Assembly: GCF_006345805.1 (NCBI RefSeq)
Contig: NC_043009.1
Location: 41,788,001 to 41,852,000 of the forward strand
DNA from: Octopus sinensis
Lineage: Eukaryota
Reading direction: 5' to 3'
DNA: 64,000 nucleotides
Part shown: in pieces, positions 27,954 to 41,122 of the stretch
Layout: each line of letters starts with the position of its first letter
Numbering within the stretch: position 1 is the first letter of the stretch
Notes under the pieces: generated by a model
Seen by the model: the letters and a program-made list of their open reading frames with translations, nothing else
Database searches by the model: none
What the model was told of the DNA's origin: nothing
Position numbers and translations under genes: made by a program

Positions 27954-29209
27954 GGTTATTTATATGTTTACACGCACGTACACACACGTATATATATATA
28001 TCAACATGCAAGAATGTAACATATGGTGATGATGATAGAGATAAATACATAAAGAGGATGGAAGAGAGTGGGTAAGGAGAGAAGTCTGTACTGATCATCT
28101 AAATTGTAGAAGCTAAGTGCGGAATCCACATTAAGGACACGCTACATTGCTATTAATGATGTAAAGTCGGCAAGAACACTTGTCGCACAAAAGCTTAGCC
28201 TTGTCTAAACGTTATGTCGGACATATTGAAACGAGAAGAAGACATGTTGTTTTTACTGGAGAAGGGCTCTCCTTCCGGCACCCTCACTACTTTTAGTAAT
28301 TTACACACTTACAGGTCAAAGTCGATATCGTTGGCACTTTCTGACACCAAATGCTAACAGAACCGACACCGATACGACAAAACAACAGCAGAAGCAAGAA
28401 CAGGAATAAAAGCAGCTATAAGAATAATAATAATAATAATATAAACAATAATAACAACAATAACAACTATATCTTTGATAATATGGTGTCTTTAGGACTA
28501 TAATTGTTTGGTTTTCTTTTAAATTACTTTTTCATTTGGAATTTCGGTTTCGTTAAGTTATAAAAGAAAGGAGGTGCGGTTTGAAAGATGGAAGACATTT
28601 TCTAGCATCCAACGAACGCTTCATGCTCATTATAATTGTTTATATAACCCTGCTTTAACATTAACAGTTCCTTAACAATAACAATAATACCAATAATCCG
28701 ATTAACTCCGTAGCACACTCTGATATCTAAGCCGACTTCCAGTAAATCTATACTACAGAGATCAAACCGTTGACGCTACGCTTATACCTAATATCACATT
28801 TGATAAATATATGTAACATATCGTTATTATTACATTGAAACAAGATGGCTGGGAGGGATTTGCGTGTATATGTGTATATGCTTCTGTGTGTGTGGTGGGT
28901 GGGGTGCGGTGCGGTTATAGTAACAACGTCAATTACTATATCTTGTATAATGATTTAACGGTTGTAGATAATGTACTGAATTTTCGACAGACTGTTGTAA
29001 TTTGTAAATATAAGAGTATAAATGAATAACTGTTAGATTTAAGTACATGTGATCGTAGATAAGATGAGGTCGAATACTCTTACGTTACACACAATAATGG
29101 CAATTAGAATTATGTCTTAAGAAGACAGTTTTGGCATTTTCATACAATGAAATTTTCTTGCACAAATACAGTATATGGATATATTGATACAGTGGTATCA
29201 AAAGTATTG

Positions 29210-29525
29210 GTGCAGTGTGGTCAAAGGGTTGAGAAGTTCAATTCGCAATGATAAAATTCCAGTTTTCGATTCCGCAGTGTGACATCATATGCAAGTGACA
29301 TGTTTTGCTTCCTCAGGTCAACCCAAACTTGTGAGTAAAATCAGGTATACAGAAACTATATGGAAGCCCTTCGGAAGAGTTATAACCTATAATTTAAAGG
29401 TACTGCATTGTCACTCAATGCACCACTCCGAAAATTATGTTGACGTTACACGTGTCTATGGAATACTCAGCCATCTGCAATTTAACTCAATGAGCATAGA
29501 GATTCAGTAGTTCTAACAACTGAAC
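29210..29525 (+). mobile_element. Old degenerate SINE (family B-like head + family C tail)
   Basis: Contains gcagtgtggtcaa...ttcgattcc...gcaagtgacat...cttgtgagt...gaaact, then acacgtgtctatggaatactcagcca. Confidence 0.55.
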
Positions 29526-31310
29526 AATTATGGATGGAAGTTCTGACAGGGAGTCATTTTGCTAAGTATAAAACTCATATATTTATGTCTATATAGAGCT
29601 AGAATACAATCTGTACGCATAGAAATTATTGTGCATCTATGTGTATAGGAATTGGATTATATGCAAGTATATATAAAAACTAGGTTGCAGTAATGCCTGG
29701 AGTTTAATTAATTCCTTACACTATAGCGTCTGGATCGTTACTTTTGTAAATAATTTTTTATAGCGATTTATACTATTCTAGAAAGAAATTGTCTCCATCT
29801 TAAAATCACCAGCCGGTCTTTGGATTTCTTTAACGGAGTAAATTCTGTTACAAACATTCAAGCAAAATTTCCCCAATTTTCGCTAGATGATGCTCTCACC
29901 TCCTATGCTCACTGGCTAGGTCTGAAAGGTATCAAATTTGCTGTTTCTTCCTTCTGTGAGTACGTCATTTATAAAAGGTTTCAGAGAATAGTGACATTCA
30001 TACTTTACCAAGACACATATATATTTAAATCATATTCTGATAATCGCTTTGAACAGGCTTTAATCTAAGGTTAGAATCTACTCATTAATTCTTTTATTCC
30101 GTGGGGAGCCGTACTCTATATACCTTCACGGTAACCTCAGATCAGAAAGGTAATCTCAGATCAGAGACTGGCCTGAATGCTTTACAACCTAGTAGATTCT
30201 CCTAAAGATATCGAAGGTGCAAGGCAGTGGCGTAAAACAAGACGATGGAATAAGTTTATCATTTATATAAAGCTCGGTAGTATTTAAGCCCAGAGTACAG
30301 AGACCCGGTACAAAAACTGCGAGCAAAAGTATTCGGTCCGACTTTCGCAAAGTTCCAACAATGCACTGCGCTGGACTGGTACTGTTTTATTGACCCCCCA
30401 AAAGAATAAAATGCAAAAATGACCTCAATGGGATTTGAACCAGAAGTGAAGAAAGACGAAAAAAAAAAAATATGGCGCAAGATATAATGTTATTTTGACT
30501 TCAGCAGGATTCGAACTTACGGCACAGAGAACCAGATCCAACACCACGACTTATTCTCTCCAACACTCAAGCGTTCCTATTAATTTGCCGCCTAAACAAA
30601 GAACGCTGGTGTATTAGGAAAAATACCTAAGACTGTAGCTTAGTCAGTTTTATACAGTTCACGGAAAGGTTGCTGGGAAATGTTCTACTGTTTGGCTTTA
30701 CATTTCGATCTTGTCTGGAGGAAAAATTAAAAAATCGTAGCGAGAGTGATGCTTCATTAGGTCTCACCGGAGAAATAATAATGATGTATGTTTGTGACTA
30801 CCAGCTGGATACCAGCTAGCTGTAGTTAGTTTGTAGTTTATACATAGCTGAGTACCATCTAACTATAAACGTAACGCTTAGAAAAGGTCTAGGATGTCAA
30901 ATCAGCAGAATTTTATATGTGTTTTTTTTTTTTTAATGGATTTAGAAGGAAGGGTGGGTCTGTGTCCATACTTTTCTGTGGCTTTTTTTTTCCGATGCGG
31001 GAATGAACAAACATGAGTACAAACCCGTATACCCTGCTTGTCTGGGATAGGGCTGCATGGAATAGCCATTAAGGACAGGATGGGAATGTGTGTGGTATCG
31101 ACAAATACAGAACTAACAATATCAACAACACAACTAACAAGCACAACAATAACTTCACGACCCAGTATCAGAGGTTCTACACAACGTGGTCATTCAACCT
31201 GCTAGAAATAGTAACTTAATCTCTCTACCCATTTATATACTGACGTCTGAAATAAAGGAATATTTTTGAGAATGCATTCATTCTCTTTGAAACCTGTACA
31301 CACACACACA

Positions 31311-31409
<99 letters not shown>

Positions 31410-33096
31410 ATGTGTGTCTGTGAGTGTGTATATACTGACGGGATAGACACTACTGGGACGTCTTTGATCATACGTTTGCAGATCCAAAGCTGATGTTGGA
31501 ATAAATGACATACAGTAAAAACAATATAGAAAAACTGATTATAAATAACCACCTATCTATCCACTTACAATAAACTGTCAAACAATTGCATTCTTGGGGG
31601 CTGTTGGCATACAAGGTGTCCTCCTTCAGGTTTGACAAACGGCTTTCGTTGTCTTGTTTTTCAGACTACGTCCTTTTGCACCAAAATGTATCGTTCATGT
31701 TAGGTATCGAGAAATTGTTCAAGGACCTTCGTCGCGATCCCGTCGTTCTCAATACCCGCTCTATTTGCCTTTTCTAATCGATTGACCATCTCCTACACTA
31801 CTCTACTTTTCTTCGCTGCTTCATCTCTGTCTAAAATAACAAATTTATTTTTAAATTCTCTTTAAGCAAATCTTCCAAACTTTAAAACGCTTAAATCTTC
31901 AAATAATATTTTACTATACAAAATAAATAAACAAATACTGTCACACATAAATAATCCTTCACCACTACCTTCACTAAGCAACTTCTGTCATCTAGCTTTC
32001 CTTTTCTTTATTTCAGTGTTAATAACGTTCTTGTAATGACTCCTGTTGACCTTTATTTTGGTCAAAACTATAAACAGAAGTATTTGTTGGTATTCTTCCT
32101 CATCTTATATGCGAGAACTATTTTATGGTTAAAATCCAATCCGGATAGCCAAACGAGTTTTTATATCCGAACCCTAACTATAAAGCAGCAATTAAAACAA
32201 TAAAATATGTCCCTAAATTCTTTGAGAACTCACATTAAATCTGTGTCGTCTTATTCTAAAAACCATGCCAAATTATGGTTGTGGCTAATTCCTGTCAGTT
32301 ATTTTCTATCTTAACGCCATCTTCATTTGCGGATATATCGAAGTCGTTACAATATATCAACAATTTAAAATTCCTGTGTATGTTTTGAAAAAAATAAAGT
32401 AAAAATACATCCGAATATGTTTAGATTACAAAGGAGGTATCTTCAAAAGCGAGTAGAGCTTATTTATTTTTCACAATAAACTTGGATATACATAAAAGGC
32501 GGTCAAACTCTAGACGTCTTTCTTCACTTAGGCATTTCACACGTAAAAATAAACCAAAGCAAAAAGCGGAAAAGAAAAAAGAAAAAGCCATCACCAGTCT
32601 TAAGAGAAAGACCTCCCGATGGCGTTTGAAATTCGAAACTGTGATAATTTCATTGATAACAGGCAAGAAGTTCGAAGGAAAGAAGAAAAACAAAGATAAG
32701 GAGACTATTCGAAATCAAAGTGTTATTTTCTTAATGCTTTTAGTTCTATGCTACGAAACAAATACCTGTCTTAAAGTTACTCCACATATAATCAGCGGAA
32801 CATAATACCGGACTACAAAGCCCTCTAAATTACTTTAAACATATATAACTACATACGTACAAGTGTGTGTATAGACGTGTATTTCTCTCTCTGTACGTAC
32901 ATATGTGTATCTATATATATATACATAAATGTGTATGAGACTGCGTGTGTTTGTGAGTGTGCGCGAGAGACGTATGTGCTTGTGTTTGCATTATTATAAA
33001 CCCGCATACATAAAGACATATATGTATGTGTACATATAGAAATATATGCGTGTATGTGAACCCATATGTACGTGCCTATATAAGTGTATTGTTTTT

Positions 33097-33151
<55 letters not shown>

Positions 33152-33248
33152 GTGTGTGTGTGTGTGTTGTGTGTATGTATGAATGTATGAATGTATATTG
33201 GTATACTCATAGAGTTGCATATATGTGTATATAAATAAATACACTTAT

Positions 33249-33320
33249 TGGTAATACCAGGTTTCGAACCCGGGGATTTATATATGCAAAGTGAAAGATC
33301 TGCCAGTGAGCTATATTCTC
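33249..33320 (-). pseudogene. tRNA-Ala(TGC)-derived pseudogene
   Basis: Minus strand GAGAATATAGCTCACTGGCAGATCTTTCACTTTGCATATATAAATCCCCGGGTTCGAAACCTGGTATTACCA (72 nt) aligns colinearly with eukaryotic tRNA-Ala. The anticodon stem is disrupted. Confidence 0.7.
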
Positions 33321-33340
33321 TTAGCTATAAGCGTCAGCGC

Positions 33341-33773
33341 TAAGGCGGCGAGCTGGCAGAAACGTTAGCACGATGGGCGAAATGCTTAGCAGTATTTCGT
33401 CTGTCGCTACGTTCTGAGTCCAAATTCCGCCGAGGTCGACTTTGCCTTTCATTCTTCCGGGATCGATTAAATAAGCACCAGTCTACGCACTAGGATCGAT
33501 ATAATCGACTTAATACCTTTGTCTGTCCTTGTTTGTCCCCTCTATGCTTAGCCCCTTGTGGGCAGTAAAGAAATAAGGAACGTTAGCACCCCGAGCTAAA
33601 TACCTAGCGGTATTTCGTCTGTTTTTTACGTTCTGAGTTCAAATTCCACCAGGGTCAACTTTGCCTTTCATCCTTTCGGGATTGATAAATTGAATACCCG
33701 TTGCGTACTGGGGTCGATCTAATCGACTGTCCACTTCCCCAAAATGTCAGGCCTTGTACCTAGATTAGGAAAG
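33341..33773 (+). mobile_element. Dimeric SINE family A with 15-bp TSD
   Basis: Two tRNA-head/Meta-like monomers with different tails. TSD tata(a/t)gcgtcagc(g/a)c lies at 33326-33340 and 33774-33788. Confidence 0.9.
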
Positions 33774-34021
33774 TATATGCGTCAGCACAGACACATACAA
33801 ATATATATTCTACTTACCCATTAAGAGATACAATACAAGTTTATGTTAATTCAGTTTGCATTTCTGCATTGCGCATTACCTGGGTTTCAGTCGCTGGAAT
33901 AATTTGTACCCGTAAAACTTTATATTACAATTCAATAACCTTCAGCTTCTAATAAAACTTTCATACTCAGCCACATGTATTGAATACCCTTCTTTTGCTT
34001 GAAAGGTCAAATACAAACCAT

Positions 34022-34101
<80 letters not shown>

Positions 34102-34139
34102 CCTATCTATTTATCTATTTGTCTATCTATCTTTTTTCT

Positions 34140-34542
34140 TTCTTTTCTTTTACTTGTTTCAGTAATTTGACTGCGGCCATGCTGCAGCACCGCCTTTAGT
34201 CGAGCAAATCGACCCCGGGACTTATTCTTTGTAAGCCCAGTACTTATTCTATCGGTCTCTTTTTGCCGAACCGCTAATTGACTGGGACGTAAACACACCA
34301 GCATCGGTTGTCAAGCAATGCTAGGGGGACAAACACAGACACACAAACACATACACATACATATATATATATATATACATATATACGACAGGCTTCTTTC
34401 AGTTTCCGTCTACCAAATCCACTCACAAGGCATTGGTCGGCCCAGGGCTATAGCAGAAGACACTTGCTCAAGATGCCACGCAGTGGGACTGAACCCGGAA
34501 CCATGTGGTTGATTAGCAAGCTACTTACCACACAGCCACTCC
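34140..34542 (-). mobile_element. SINE family B, full length, inserted in (TATC)n
   Basis: Reverse complement of the 21878 copy; flanked by TATC repeats. Confidence 0.9.
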
Positions 34543-34584
34543 TGTTTATCTATCTATCTATCATTTTTTATTATTATAATGACC

Positions 34585-35690
34585 GGGTTCCAACCTGGAC
34601 CACAGTAAAGGCTACATGCCACACTTCTCAGGTCATAATCTCTGCCTCGATTTCCTGGATACATTCCAGGCCAGTGTCTGCAAGTAAGTTGTCGATGTAA
34701 ATTTGACAATGTTTTACTCTTTTTACATCATTATGAAGTGGGTTCCACGAGACTAATTTGGATGTTTCTATCTCAAGGTGAGGCACGCAGTGACCAGATA
34801 GTCGCAACCACCTCTGCTTGATATTCTCGTTAACTTTCAGCATATCTCCATAAAGTTAATTATTTGTCATAGTTTGCTACCGTTGTAATGGGCTGTCCGG
34901 AAAGTTCCTGTCAATTTTTAAAGGAAAGAAAAAGTCAATAAATACTTGCCATTACGTTTTTAATCAACCAAATATGAACCATTTTGTTGCACAATGCGTC
35001 TCCGTCTTTCCTATAACTTGAAAATACCTTCTTCCCAGAATTGAGGTGGTTTCATGGCAAAGAATGCATCAAGGTATCTTATTACCTCATCCAAGGAATT
35101 GTAATTTTTACCATTAAGACTATTCTGCAGAAACCTGAATAAGTGGAAATCCGAAGGAGCAATATCTGGCGAATATGGCGGGTGTGGTAACACATCCCAG
35201 CCGAGCTGCAGCATATTTTGTCTGGTTCCCAAAGCATCCAGTGCCGAAAATGAACTTTCTTATCTTCCATTTTAAAGGGTTATAGAATTAACACAGGTTA
35301 TAGGAGCATAAACCTTCTTCCACGAAAAGATAGCTTAAACTGTTCTCTAAATGGAGGTGTAGTCAAATCCTATTTTATGGACTCAGCCATGTTCTAAAAT
35401 AAGTCGAAGAGTAAGCTACTAAAAATCGGCACGAACTTTCCGGAAAAACCAATACATGTAGAACCATCCGTAGCATCCTTGTGTGGCATCTGTTTAACCC
35501 GTTTGATAATTTCTTCGTCAGTATCAATGTTCCACTCGCACATAATAACACTGAATCGACATTTGCAATGAACGATTTGATTTTGATTTGCGTGGGCAAT
35601 TTGGACTTCCAGACCTTCAGTTTGTGACAAGCTGTACATGCTTGTGCGTTCCTGATCATGATGTTCTACTTCCGAACTGCTCATCGAACC
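34585..35690 (-). mobile_element. RTE-clade LINE 3' fragment, interrupted by a mariner
   Basis: The translation reads KVWKSKLPTQIKIKSF...TRMLRMVLHV|QR*QTMTNN*LYGDMLKVNENIKQRWLRLSGHC...KLVSWNP...YIDNLLADTG. The frame is continuous once 34888-35454 is removed. Confidence 0.85.
34888..35452 (-). mobile_element. Internally deleted mariner (Tc1/mariner) transposon
   Basis: ~33-bp imperfect TIRs at 34888-34920 and 35420-35452, with TA TSD at 34886-87 and 35453-54. The N-terminus MEDKKVHFRH is fused to the C-terminal GWDVLPHPPYSPDIAPSDFHLF. Confidence 0.93.
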
Positions 35691-35696
35691 ACCTAT

Positions 35697-35738
<42 letters not shown>

Positions 35739-35789
35739 CTATCTATCTATCTATCCATCTATCTATCTATCTATCTATCTATCTATTTG

Positions 35790-35848
<59 letters not shown>

Positions 35849-36906
35849 CTCTATCTATCTACGTATGACTGTCAGGTTGTCTGTCTCTATATGTCTGACT
35901 CTCTGTCTCTGTGTGTCAGTCTCTCTGTGTCTGTCTATGCGAATCTCTCTTTCTGTGTGTCTGTATGTCTTTCTCTAATTGTTTATTGGCTGCCTGGGTA
36001 TAACTATCACTCACTTTTCTTTGCGATTTCCCTGTGTTGCAACTTCAGGAAGCTTTCCAGCCACATTCTATCTGCAGTACGCTAATGAAGGCATCACATG
36101 TCCATATTTATATCTGACCATCTTACAGCTGGAATTGGCACCCACGCACACCTACGAACTCATTCACACTCTCCCTTTCTCTCTCTCTCTCTCACACACA
36201 CATACACACATACATACATACATGTGCATATATATGTAAATATAATTATATATATATATATATATAATATATATATATATATAGTATGATATGTAGTATA
36301 AAAATATGTGTGTGTGTGATTATATGAATATAAAAAAATCATTTTCTTATTTTCACATTTATTGAGCTCTTTGCTTTTCGTTTTTCACAAAATGTGCAAT
36401 AGATATCTGTTAAAGAAATATATCACACCCCCTCACCAAAAGCTAAGCATTATGTTCCATACAGTTCCATATATTTATATTCGAAAATAGTTCTGACGCT
36501 CCATTATAGGACACACACACTCTCTCACTCATTTTGTCTGTCTGTCTGCCTGTCTGTCTCCTTTTTTCCTCCCTCTCTACCTATATGCTTCTTTCCCACA
36601 TACCGTCTTTAGTCCCTTGCATCGAAGGAAAGCATGCTTTTGTTATAAAGCCAACACTTAGCTTGAATTACGCACTTTTTACTTTAATAGCCATTTCAAA
36701 ATATGTAACGCACTCTTCAAAAATATATACGGTTGTCTAGCTGAGCAAGTACCCAGGCAATTGATTTGTGCGCGCGCATGCATGTATACTTGTATATATG
36801 TATATATATATATATATAAGTATACATGCATGCGCGCGCACAAATCAACATTGCCTGGGTACTTGCTCAGCTAGACAACCGTATATATATATATAATATA
36901 TAATAT

Positions 36907-37006
36907 NNNNNNNNNNNNNNNNNNNNNNNNNNNNNNNNNNNNNNNNNNNNNNNNNNNNNNNNNNNNNNNNNNNNNNNNNNNNNNNNNNNNNNNNNNNNNN
37001 NNNNNN
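36907..37006. other. Assembly gap (100 N)
   Basis: Run of n. Confidence 1.
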
Positions 37007-37215
37007 GCTTGTATTTGTTCCCCGCCATCGCTTGACAATTGACGCTGGTGTGTTCGTGTCGCCGTAACTTAACGGTCCGGAAAAAAGGAACCGATAGAAT
37101 AAGTACTGCATTTGCAAAAAATAAGTCCTGGGGTCGATTTCTTCGACCACCACCATCTAAAGTGGTGATCCAGCATGGCGGCAGTCAAATGATTGGAACA
37201 AGTAAAAGAATAAAA
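37007..37215 (+). mobile_element. SINE family B tail
   Basis: catcgcttgacaa...accgatagaataagtact...ccagcatggcggcagtcaaatg. Confidence 0.85.
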
Positions 37216-37409
37216 TAATAAAAGAATGAAGGAATTAATAGATTGGTATCTGTTTCAGTGTATGAAGCTATTTTAAGACAATTTCAATAGATTAATTATA
37301 CAACAATTGTCAATATCCTGTCAATGAGAAGAAGTCATTGTGTTGGGGTAATGGAATCAGCTAACTCCCACCATTTTATATTACCGGTCTCGCGTATAAA
37401 TCAGAAGCC

Positions 37410-37742
37410 ATTCTGTTACTTGCTTCTCTCATCGGAATTCGGCCATGTTCGGGCACCCTCTTAAAATGTTTTTGATCGCAGAAATCGACTCCAGAATTAT
37501 TCTCTGTAAGCCTAGTACTTATTCTATCGGTGTCATTTGACGAACTGCTAGATTACCGGGGCGTAAACAGACCAGCATATATACGACTGGCTTATTTCAG
37601 TTTCCGTCTACCAAATCCACTCACAAGGCTTTGGTCGGCCCGAGGCTATAGAAGAAGGCTCTTCCTCAAGGTGCCACGTAGTGGGACTGAACTTGGAACC
37701 ATGTGGTTGGGAAGCAAATGTCTTCCTACACAGTCACGTCTG
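37410..37742 (-). mobile_element. SINE family B with internal deletion
   Basis: Reverse-complement match lacking most of the internal microsatellite. Confidence 0.82.
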
Positions 37743-37789
37743 TGCCATTGTGATATATGTTATTCAGTTTAGATGAAATGTGACCCTCC

Positions 37790-38960
37790 TTAAAAATGGC
37801 TCTTCTCGTGGACCTTTTCATAATAAACTGTCGGGGGATCTCTTCGTCCAATTCACCTGTTTGGCAAAATCTCATCAATACAAGCCCTTACATTACTAAG
37901 GTTGTGCAGGTAACTATCTTGCTGGAAATAGAACCCCGTTTTCAAAATCTCATTGAAAGTTTAGCATGATAGATTGTCATTTCAAGTAAATGGTGTCGTC
38001 AAAAGTGAATGATTCAGTTATTCTTTTGGTGATAAGTTGCGCCATACAGTAACTCCTAGTAAATTAACATGCTTTTCCTCCTCAACGTGTGGATTCTTAG
38101 GCCCCAGTAGGGGCAGTTGCCCAGTACCACTTGCCCAGTACCACAGCTTACAAACTCCACTTTTCGGTTTGAATCATATTCCTTGAAAGCATAGCCAATT
38201 CTTATTTCTTATTTCTTTATTGCCCACAAGGGGCTAAACATAGATGGGACAAGCAAGGACAGACAAAAGGATTAAGTCGATTACATCGACCCCAGTGAGT
38301 AACTGGTACTTAATTTATCGACCCCGAAAGGATGAAAGGCGAAGTCGACCTCAGCGGAATTTGAACTCAGAACGTAACAGCAGACGAAATACCTATTTCT
38401 TTACTACCCACAAGGGGCTAAAACACAGAGAGGACAAACAAGGACAGACAAACAGATTAAGTCGATTACATCGACCCCATTGCGTAACTGGTACTTAATT
38501 TATCGACCCCGAAAGGATGAAAGGCGAAGTCGACCTCAGCAGAATTTGAACTCAGAACGTAGCGGCAGACGAAATACGGCTACGAATTTCGCCCGGCTTG
38601 CTAACGTTTCTGCCAGCTCACCGCCTTTTCTTGAAACGTAACATTTCCAATAAGAATGCATCAAAATGCTATGAACGCTGGATTTTGTAATTCCTTTCTC
38701 GCGACTAATTCGCACATATTTTCAAGAACTCTGCCGATAATTTCTTGTAATCGTTCTTCTTTTGTGGGGCTCGGCGCCGATATACATTCTTCTGGATCAT
38801 ATCATTAGTGATGGTCAGTAGCGTAATCTGTTTGAAACCTCTTCATAAGCTGACTTTGCACTTCGACTTAGCATTCAGACTTCCAGTGGCACTTTAGGAC
38901 AATTTCATTTGTTCAAAGCTGGTTCCCTTCGTTATTTCTAACAGGTTGCCTCTAAAAAGA
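37790..38960 (-). mobile_element. Decayed Tc1/mariner-superfamily transposase (HTH + DDD/E, rosa/Tc3-like), split by a SINE
   Basis: Disrupted peptides occur in order: VLKCHWKSEC*VEVQSQ, QSS*KYVRISREKGITKSSVHSIL, NCPYW/KNPHVEEEKHVNLLGVTVW and FYFQQDS...VRACIDEILPNR*IGRRD. Confidence 0.75.
38203..38627 (-). mobile_element. Dimeric SINE family A
   Basis: Two tandem reverse-complement monomers, inserted in the transposase relic. Confidence 0.9.
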
Positions 38961-39114
38961 AATGAAAATTATGAGAGTGTACATACACACATGCATACAT
39001 ACTTATATGTACACACATATACATATATATCTATTTATGTATATATATTTTTTATGTAAACATATAACTAAACGTATGTATGCGCGCGCATACACACTTG
39101 CAGACGCACGCACG

Positions 39115-39161
<47 letters not shown>

Positions 39162-40241
39162 ACGCACACACACACACATACACACACACACACACTCACG
39201 CACTCACGCACACAAATACACACAAACACACGCACATTCTCAATATTACTAATGTGCTTTGTAAAAGGACATAGACAGTCCTTTGCAAATCAAAAATGTA
39301 ATCTGTTTCAATAGAAATTTCTAGACACAAACAAGCAAACAAACAAACAACCAAACAAACAAATAAAATAAAATAAAATAAAATAAAATACGTGCCGAAA
39401 CGTATTAGTCATCTTATTGTCTGCAAAGAAAAACGTTGCTAGTATGTCCCAAACAACCCAATAGCTCCTCTGCTGGACAGTGCTGAAGAATGAGAGTCAG
39501 TCACACTTCTATGAGAGGACATCACAAATATTGCTAACAGATCGCGTACTTTTTTGTTTTGTCAAGTGAATTATCAGTACGATGACTGTCTACTCCCAGG
39601 TAGAAATACCCGAAGGAGAATAATGCTAGACAATGCCGTAGCTATGACAACGCTGGAGAATCTATAATGTGACTATTCTCAGCTTCATCCAAAGAACTGC
39701 TGTTATTTTCACTTCAATGCCAATCATTCTTCTTTTTTTTCTTCTTTCTTCTTTATTCTTTGTATTTTTCGTTTTTCTTTTTTTTTTGTTTTTTTTTTGT
39801 TTTTGCTTGCGTTTCGTTTGGTCCAATCCCTTTCTCTTTCGTGCTTTGTCCGTGCCATTCTCTCTGATGAATATGTGTCTATATCTACACCTATCTGCAT
39901 ACCTGTGTGTGTGTGTGTGTGTGTGCGTGTTTTTGTGTTTGTGTGTGTGTGTGTGTCAGATTGGCATACTTGCGTGCATCTTATTTATATCAATATTTGT
40001 ATGCACACTTGCTCACAAGCACTCACATGCACACGTGTTCATATATAAATATATATATATATACATACACACACACATATATATATATATACATGTATGT
40101 ATGTACATATATATATTTATGTATAATATACGCGTGTATATATATGTGTGTATATACATATATGTATGTATATATACATACATATACATCCTTATATAGA
40201 GATATAGTTATGCATGTATAGATATATATGAATATATGCTT

Positions 40242-40278
<37 letters not shown>

Positions 40279-40721
40279 TTACATATGTGAGAGAATAGCT
40301 AGGTGAGTGCGTATATATGTTGTACTGTGTATGTTATGAGAGAAAAAATATCTAGACTAATGGACAAGAGATTTAAATTAATAGATTATAAAATGAACTT
40401 ATTAATTTAATGGATGTCACTACTCCACCCACTACTATCAAAATCAGTATCCCACCACCACTACCACCACCACCACCACCACCACCACCACCACCACCAT
40501 TCATCATTAAATAAGTGTTTAACATCAATGCCGAGAGCGAATGACATTTGATAATATGCTGTCCTAGATACACCATGCATTAAGAGTAAATAAATAGGTG
40601 ATGGTCATGGTTAGAATCTCGTAGATCATAGGTCTTCTCGATCATGTGGCAAAGCAACACGAACACTAAAACATAAATCACAGCCATCTTAGATCAGTGA
40701 ACGTTTGTGACGTAATAGTAT

Positions 40722-40905
40722 AATCCTTTCTACTATAAGACAATACCTGATATTTTTTAGAGCACGGAGATTTCAATTACATCTATCCCAGGACTCGAGT
40801 GGTAGTTATTTCATCGAATCCGAAAGGATGACAGGCAAAATCAACCTCAGCTGAATTTGAACTCAGAACGTAAAAACAGAAGAAATACCGCGAAGCATTT
40901 CGTCA
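40722..40905 (-). mobile_element. Degenerate SINE family A
   Basis: ccgaaaggatgacaggcaaaatcaacctc...gaatttgaactcagaacgt...gaaataccgcgaagcatttcg. Confidence 0.78.
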
Positions 40906-41078
40906 AAGATTTATTATCTTTTAAACGGAAACATTGAAAGATATCATCCCAGATATACAAACGGACGAGATCGTCATCCCTGGAATGTATTTTCACAAGG
41001 GTTCGCAGGATAAATGTTGCCTTTGATATTGTTTACGTAGTTGTTAATATCGATCTTACAGCTCATTGTATTGGCTCC

Positions 41079-41122
41079 TAACACAGTCAGAAGAGATTCA
41101 AAGATCTCTTCTGACTGTGTTA
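41079..41122. repeat. Perfect 19-bp inverted repeat with 6-nt loop
   Basis: taacacagtcagaagagat-tcaaag-atctcttctgactgtgtta, located in otherwise non-repetitive sequence. Confidence 0.95.

Noticed and set aside
31664-31704. Possible 39-nt exon bounded by ttttcag and gtatcg
   Set aside because: Weak donor and unrecognisable peptide; the region may instead be a decayed LINE ORF1 on the minus strand, which I could not support.
36723-36889. Near-perfect ~165-bp palindrome
   Set aside because: It is centred on (TA)n and abuts the assembly gap, typical of a contig-end fold-back artefact.
40678-40700. miR-2-like sequence atcacagccatcttagatcag
   Set aside because: Only seed-region similarity; no complementary arm forming a precursor.
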